From the NCBI GenBank assembly GCA_013360215.1, contig JABWCP010000001.1:24193-88192 (forward strand): a stretch of 64,000 bases of DNA, read 5' to 3'. The position numbers and the translations under genes were made by a program. A model generated the notes under the pieces. The model had not been told where the DNA came from, did not search any database, and saw nothing but the letters and a program-made list of their open reading frames with translations. This document shows positions 59,733 through 64,000 of this stretch, in pieces. The stretch is from a bacterium. GTDB lineage: Bacteria; CLD3; SB21. Positions within the stretch are counted from its first letter, which is position 1; each line of letters opens with the position of its first letter.

Positions 59733-59754
59733 GGGCTGCATTCCATATTTATTC

Positions 59755-60459
59755 TTAAACCAAATCTTTTTTAAATTTTTCAAAATCTCTGATCACAAGT
59801 TTATTACCATCTTTAGATACATAACCATCATTGATAAAACGCTGTAGCACCCGGGAGATCGTCTCGCGACTTGTTCCTGACATATTGGCCAAGTCCTGTT
59901 GCGTCGGTAAATTGGGAATTTCGATGGTACTGCCGTTATTGGGAATACCAATATCTTCGGCTAAGCGTGCGATCGTACCGGCTACTTTGCCGGTCGAATT
60001 TTTCAGCGATAGATTTTTAATCTGAGAATCGGATTTTCGCATACGACTTGCCAATTCACGCAGAAGTTGGATAGCGATTTGCGGAAATTCACTAAGTAAG
60101 TTGAGAAAATCATCCCGGTTAATAAGAAGCATCTCTGCATCTTTTGTACAAACCACATTAGCCGAACGCGACTGGCCATCTAGCAACGACAATTCGCCAA
60201 AAAAATCTCCCTCCGCCATAACAGCCAATATTACTTCACGGCCATCTTCACTGATGCGTGAAATTTTGACTTGCCCGGTCATCACAATAAAGAGCGTTTG
60301 GCCGCCTTCATCCTCGAAAAGCACAACCTGCTCTTTTGTGTAACTGCGTTGAAAGGCTACGTTCGCTATTTTCTCCAGGTCTTTAATACCAAGGCCGGAA
60401 AAAATAGGTACTATTTTTAGCGTCTCAAGTTTCCGCGTTACGGATTTGTTATCGTTCAT
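59755..60459 (-). CDS. Crp/Fnr family regulator (cNMP-binding)
   Basis: GQVKIS...DGRE, GDFFGELSLLD...RSA, HTH TQQDLANMSGTSRETISR. Confidence 0.93.
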   Translation of the reverse strand: MNDNKSVTRKLETLKIVPIFSGLGIKDLEKIANVAFQRSYTKEQVVLFEDEGGQTLFIVMTGQVKISRISEDGREVILAVMAEGDFFGELSLLDGQSRSANVVCTKDAEMLLINRDDFLNLLSEFPQIAIQLLRELASRMRKSDSQIKNLSLKNSTGKVAGTIARLAEDIGIPNNGSTIEIPNLPTQQDLANMSGTSRETISRVLQRFINDGYVSKDGNKLVIRDFEKFKKDLV

Positions 60460-60491
60460 AGATATTGTTTGAAGGGATTTTGGAACGGCAC

Positions 60492-60520
60492 AAAGTACAA
60501 TATTCGCATCCTGCAATCAA
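60492..60520 (-). promoter_or_regulatory. Putative sigma70 promoter for the crp-family gene
   Basis: Minus strand TTGATT-N17-TACTTT. Confidence 0.5.
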
Positions 60521-60523
60521 GAA

Positions 60524-61414
60524 CTAATTAGGTACAAGCACTTTGAGGCGCCCCGGCAGAATTTTAAAATGTAAGGTGTTATTTGTTTCGCGCGCTTCGC
60601 CGTCCATGTGATAATATATTTTACCGGACGGTATCACCTCGGCTTCCTGCACACGCAAGCTGACCACATCTTTGACTTTATCAATCGTACCGTTAAATAA
60701 ACGCCATCCGTTTAAAAGACCTTTAACAAAAGACATGGACTGTATCATGGAAATATCAAAGGCACCGTCATCCGGTAAGGCATTAGGGGCGATACGCGCA
60801 CCATTACCGTATTCATCCGTATTAGCTATCGCTAAGATAAAGGGTTTGCCGGAGTACAACACATCATCGGCTTTCAAAGTAAGCGCCACCGGCGCATAAC
60901 CATTGTACGCCGTGAGCGATAAATATACATACGGCAGAAGCCCGCGGCGCCCTTTGCGTTGATTAAAAAGCCGCCCGATGTAAGCATCGTAACCGATACC
61001 GGCAAATCCGAAAAATAACCGCTCCTGTGGGCCATCAGTGAGTTGCCCGACATCAATGCGGCGAACTTTTCCGTTTGGAATACCTTGTACTGCCGTGGAT
61101 GGCTTAAGTGGTATCGCCAAACCGCGTGCCAAACCATTGCCTGAACCGTAAGGGATAATCGTAAAAGCCGAATCAGAATCCATAACGCCCTGTGCCGTTT
61201 CATTGGCCGTGCCGTCTCCGCCTGCCGATGCGATAACATCATATCCTTGTTGCACTAAATTTCGCGCCATTACCGTCGCATCGCCCGGGCCTTGGGTTTT
61301 GTGTAATGTTATCGTATGACCCTGAGCAACCAATTTGCCGGCCAAAGCGCTAACCTCTTCGTATGCATTATGATGCGTTCCCGCACGCGGGTTGACGATA
61401 AAACCTATTTTCAT
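60524..61414 (-). CDS. Diacylglycerol/lipid kinase family protein (DagK/YegS-like)
   Basis: IVNP.AG, GGDGT.NE, IP.GSGNGLAR, N...YG....IAP.A..DDG, H.DGE. Confidence 0.92.
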   Translation of the reverse strand: MKIGFIVNPRAGTHHNAYEEVSALAGKLVAQGHTITLHKTQGPGDATVMARNLVQQGYDVIASAGGDGTANETAQGVMDSDSAFTIIPYGSGNGLARGLAIPLKPSTAVQGIPNGKVRRIDVGQLTDGPQERLFFGFAGIGYDAYIGRLFNQRKGRRGLLPYVYLSLTAYNGYAPVALTLKADDVLYSGKPFILAIANTDEYGNGARIAPNALPDDGAFDISMIQSMSFVKGLLNGWRLFNGTIDKVKDVVSLRVQEAEVIPSGKIYYHMDGEARETNNTLHFKILPGRLKVLVPN

Positions 61415-61425
61415 CTATTGTTCGA

Positions 61426-62514
61426 CTACACCTTTCCCAATTTTAACTGCAACGTAAGACGCTTCTTTTCGCGTAATACCTCGACATCTACGACATCGCC
61501 GGCACGCAAGTCGTCGCCTAACGTGATTTTTCGAAAATCGTATTCTGAATTGATCGGTTTATCATTGATTTTTACGATAAGATCGCCGACCAGCAATCCG
61601 GCATTTTCAGCCGGGCCGTTTTTGATAATTTCGGAAACGACGATACCTCGTAATTCTTTTAGACCAAGGTATTTGGCGATCATTTGATCCACCTGCTGAT
61701 AGCGAAAACCCATCGTAAAATAACGATCCACCTTACCGTTGGATTTTAGTTCGGATATAATTTTATCTATGCGATGAATCGGTATTGCAAACCCGATACC
61801 GATACTCGTTTTTGAAGTGTTACTTCCGCTGTAAATGAAAGTATTCATCCCTATCACTTCGCCATTACTGTTCAGTAAAGGCCCCCCGCTATTTCCACCG
61901 TTAATCGCAGCGTCGGTTTGTATCATGTTTTGGTAGACGTGATCGTTATCTACGAGCCCGAAATCACGATTGGTCGCACTGATCACACCGACCGTTACCG
62001 TAGGTTGGCTATTGATGTCAAACAAACCGAACGGATTGCCCATGGCAATAACCCATTCGCCGATAAGCAGTTTTTCCGAATCGCCAAATTCGAGATATTT
62101 GAGTTTGCGCTCCGGTTCGATCTTGAGTAACGCGATGTCCGTAGTTTTATCGCCGCCGACTATTTTAGCGGGATATTTTGTACCGTCGGTCAATGTAACA
62201 ACGATCTCTACGGCACCATTGATCACATGGTGATTGGTGACAATATACCCATCCGATGAGATGATGAAGCCCGACCCAAGGCCTTTGACTTTATCGTAAT
62301 ATTTTTGCTTCGGAAAAAATTGGCTGAAAAAATCGTCATTAAAAAAAGGATTCCCGTAGGTAAATTCTTGAATCTGTACGACGTTGATACCGACGACGGC
62401 AGGTAACGCCTTTTTGACGGAACGGGTAATCGCATTTTGACGCGACGACGTAATGTCATCTTGCGCAACAAGAGAGAAACATACGAAGAAAAATATTAAA
62501 CCCCAGCGCTTCAT
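61426..62514 (-). CDS. htrA: HtrA/DegP-family serine protease (trypsin + one PDZ)
   Basis: GSGFIIS.DGYIVTNHHV, DIALLKI, QTDAAIN.GNSGGPL, GIGFAIP, PDZ. AGGAGG RBS. Confidence 0.9.
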   Translation of the reverse strand: MKRWGLIFFFVCFSLVAQDDITSSRQNAITRSVKKALPAVVGINVVQIQEFTYGNPFFNDDFFSQFFPKQKYYDKVKGLGSGFIISSDGYIVTNHHVINGAVEIVVTLTDGTKYPAKIVGGDKTTDIALLKIEPERKLKYLEFGDSEKLLIGEWVIAMGNPFGLFDINSQPTVTVGVISATNRDFGLVDNDHVYQNMIQTDAAINGGNSGGPLLNSNGEVIGMNTFIYSGSNTSKTSIGIGFAIPIHRIDKIISELKSNGKVDRYFTMGFRYQQVDQMIAKYLGLKELRGIVVSEIIKNGPAENAGLLVGDLIVKINDKPINSEYDFRKITLGDDLRAGDVVDVEVLREKKRLTLQLKLGKV

Positions 62515-62559
62515 CCGGAACCTCCTGAAATGTTGTACTTCATTATATGCAACCTTGCT

Positions 62560-62585
62560 TACGTAGGGTAAATCCAAAAGGTTCC
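62560..62585 (-). promoter_or_regulatory. Putative ECF-sigma promoter for htrA
   Basis: Minus strand GGAACC-N16-CGTA, same spacing as the element upstream of the ECF sigma gene. Confidence 0.6.
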
Positions 62586-62605
62586 GGCGCGTACTGATTC
62601 ATTCA

Positions 62606-63259
62606 TTATTTTCCGGCTTTTACTTTGGCCCAATCTTCAAGAAACTTTTTCAAACCGAGGTCGGTCAACGGATGCGCGATCAGCTGATCAATCACTTTAT
62701 AAGGCATCGTACAAACATGCGCACCGATCTGAGCGGCTTCGACCACATGCATCGGATGACGTACGCTGGCCACGAGAACCTGCGTCTCATACCCATAATT
62801 GATATACATATTCACGATTTCTTCGATAAGTTGCATACCGTTGGTGCTGATATCGTCAAGACGACCCACAAAAGGACTGATAAATGTGGCACCTGCTTTC
62901 GCAGCCATCAAAGCCTGATTGGGCGAAAAGCATAGCGTCACATTCGTCTTTATACCGTCCGACGTAAAACGTTTGCAAGCCTGTAAGCCGGATTTGATCA
63001 ATGGTAATTTGACCGTGATGTTGGAGTGAATTTTGGCTAATTCGTAACCTTCTTTGAGCATGCCGTCCAGATCGGTACTGACCACTTCCGCCGATATAGG
63101 TCCGTCAACGACTTTACAAATCTCTTTCAGCAAATCATGAAAATTGACATTTTTTTCGCGCGCTACCAGAGATGGGTTGGTTGTCACACCATCCAAAATG
63201 CCCAACGATGCGGCTTCGCGAATTTCATCTAAATTGGCGGTATCAATAAAAAACTTCAT
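62606..63259 (-). CDS. tal: Transaldolase (small TalC/FSA family)
   Basis: [39 protein letters not shown]. The Glu/Phe signature favours transaldolase over F6P aldolase. Confidence 0.93.
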   Translation of the reverse strand: MKFFIDTANLDEIREAASLGILDGVTTNPSLVAREKNVNFHDLLKEICKVVDGPISAEVVSTDLDGMLKEGYELAKIHSNITVKLPLIKSGLQACKRFTSDGIKTNVTLCFSPNQALMAAKAGATFISPFVGRLDDISTNGMQLIEEIVNMYINYGYETQVLVASVRHPMHVVEAAQIGAHVCTMPYKVIDQLIAHPLTDLGLKKFLEDWAKVKAGK

Positions 63260-63323
63260 ACGACGACCTCCTGCGGTTAATAAACGGCCTCAACTCTTCG
63301 ATTAATTTTAGCAGAACGGTCTC

Positions 63324-63360
63324 AAAATAGCCCTTTGATTTTATCCAATCAAGGCTATTT
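63324..63360 (-). promoter_or_regulatory. Putative sigma70 promoter for tal embedded in an inverted repeat
   Basis: Minus strand TTGATT-N17-TATTTT within AAATAGCC..TTGATT/AATCAA-GGCTATTT. Confidence 0.5.
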
Positions 63361-63474
63361 CTGCATATGAAATTTATGCAAAGCACAAGCACATTATTGA
63401 TACATTTGTTTTTTCATTGTTATTTTTTTATATACTGACATAAGGTTGTCACTACGATCGTGTATATTTGATGT

Positions 63475-64000
63475 ATGGAATTTAAACTCAAATCCGATTA
63501 TGCCCTACAAGGCGATCAAAAAGAAGCCGTAGCCCATCTTGTGCGGGGCATCCGAGACGGACAGCAACACCAAACTCTATTGGGCGTTACCGGTTCAGGT
63601 AAAACATTTACCATGGCTAATGTCATAGCTCAGATCGGCAAACCTACCCTCGTACTCTCTCATAATAAGACTCTGGCGGCGCAGCTTTACGGTGAACTCA
63701 AACAATTTTTTCCGGACAATGCCGTCGAATATTTTATCAGTTATTACGATTATTACCAACCTGAAGCCTACGTCGCGTCAACGGACACCTACATCGCTAA
63801 AGATATGTCCATCAATGACGAAATCGAAAAATTACGTCTTCGCGCTACCAGTTCGTTATTGGAACGTCAGGATGTCATAATTGTCGCATCAGTAAGTTGT
63901 ATTTACGGCATCGGGTCACCGCAAGATTACAAAGATATGTTTGTTTTTGCAGAAAAAGGGCAAACCGTTGATCGTAATAAAATGCTCGCCCGTTTGGTAG
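63475..64000 (+). CDS. uvrB: Excinuclease ABC subunit B (3'-truncated by window edge; absent from ORF track)
   Basis: My translation from ATG 63475: [14 protein letters not shown]...[19 protein letters not shown]...[12 protein letters not shown]...[18 protein letters not shown]. Confidence 0.97.
   Translation, partial: MEFKLKSDYALQGDQKEAVAHLVRGIRDGQQHQTLLGVTGSGKTFTMANVIAQIGKPTLVLSHNKTLAAQLYGELKQFFPDNAVEYFISYYDYYQPEAYVASTDTYIAKDMSINDEIEKLRLRATSSLLERQDVIIVASVSCIYGIGSPQDYKDMFVFAEKGQTVDRNKMLARLV

Noticed and set aside
63335-63352. TTGAT...ATCAA resembling an FNR box
   Set aside because: The spacer is 8 bp rather than 4.
63692-63880. 62-aa plus-strand ORF
   Set aside because: Out-of-frame within uvrB, which starts at 63475 and runs off the window.
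1-64000. tRNA, rRNA, CRISPR arrays, transposases, integrases, prophage
   Set aside because: Intergenic gaps are short and contain no such patterns, and no ORF shows mobility motifs.

Overview
A 64-kb, densely coding chromosomal window from a diderm bacterium. A C-terminal FlgD-Ig/T9SS-like sorting domain, a DUF5777 barrel and dense D-(S/T)-hydrophobic sequons suggest the FCB group; this is inference. About 54 genes, mostly housekeeping: ltaE, deoC, fbp, modABC, ribD, cutA, lepA, mce, folD, ggt, dsbD, rlmN, polA, pdp, htrA, tal and uvrB. I found no rRNA, tRNA, CRISPR array or mobile element. Poorly understood modules are embedded among them: (1) a RelA/SpoT-like nucleotidyltransferase (TIGR04552-like) translationally coupled to a PHP phosphoesterase, downstream of a pseudo-receiver kinase and a REC-DUF4388-Roadblock regulator; (2) a nucleosidase-fold / SPL-like radical SAM / SDR cassette; (3) a cytochrome c fused to a beta-barrel, paired with a paralogous cytochrome c lipoprotein; (4) DeoC with an encapsulation-peptide-like, Cys-rich N-terminus; (5) an eRF1-like release factor lacking GGQ; (6) a kinase-less multi-Hpt protein coupled to a beta-helix/TonB-C protein; (7) a 2234-aa LTD/CARDB surface protein; (8) matching ECF-type promoters before the ECF sigma gene and htrA, plus a fourU-like helix over the htrA ribosome-binding site. 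All family calls are by-eye motif recognition; no database search was run.
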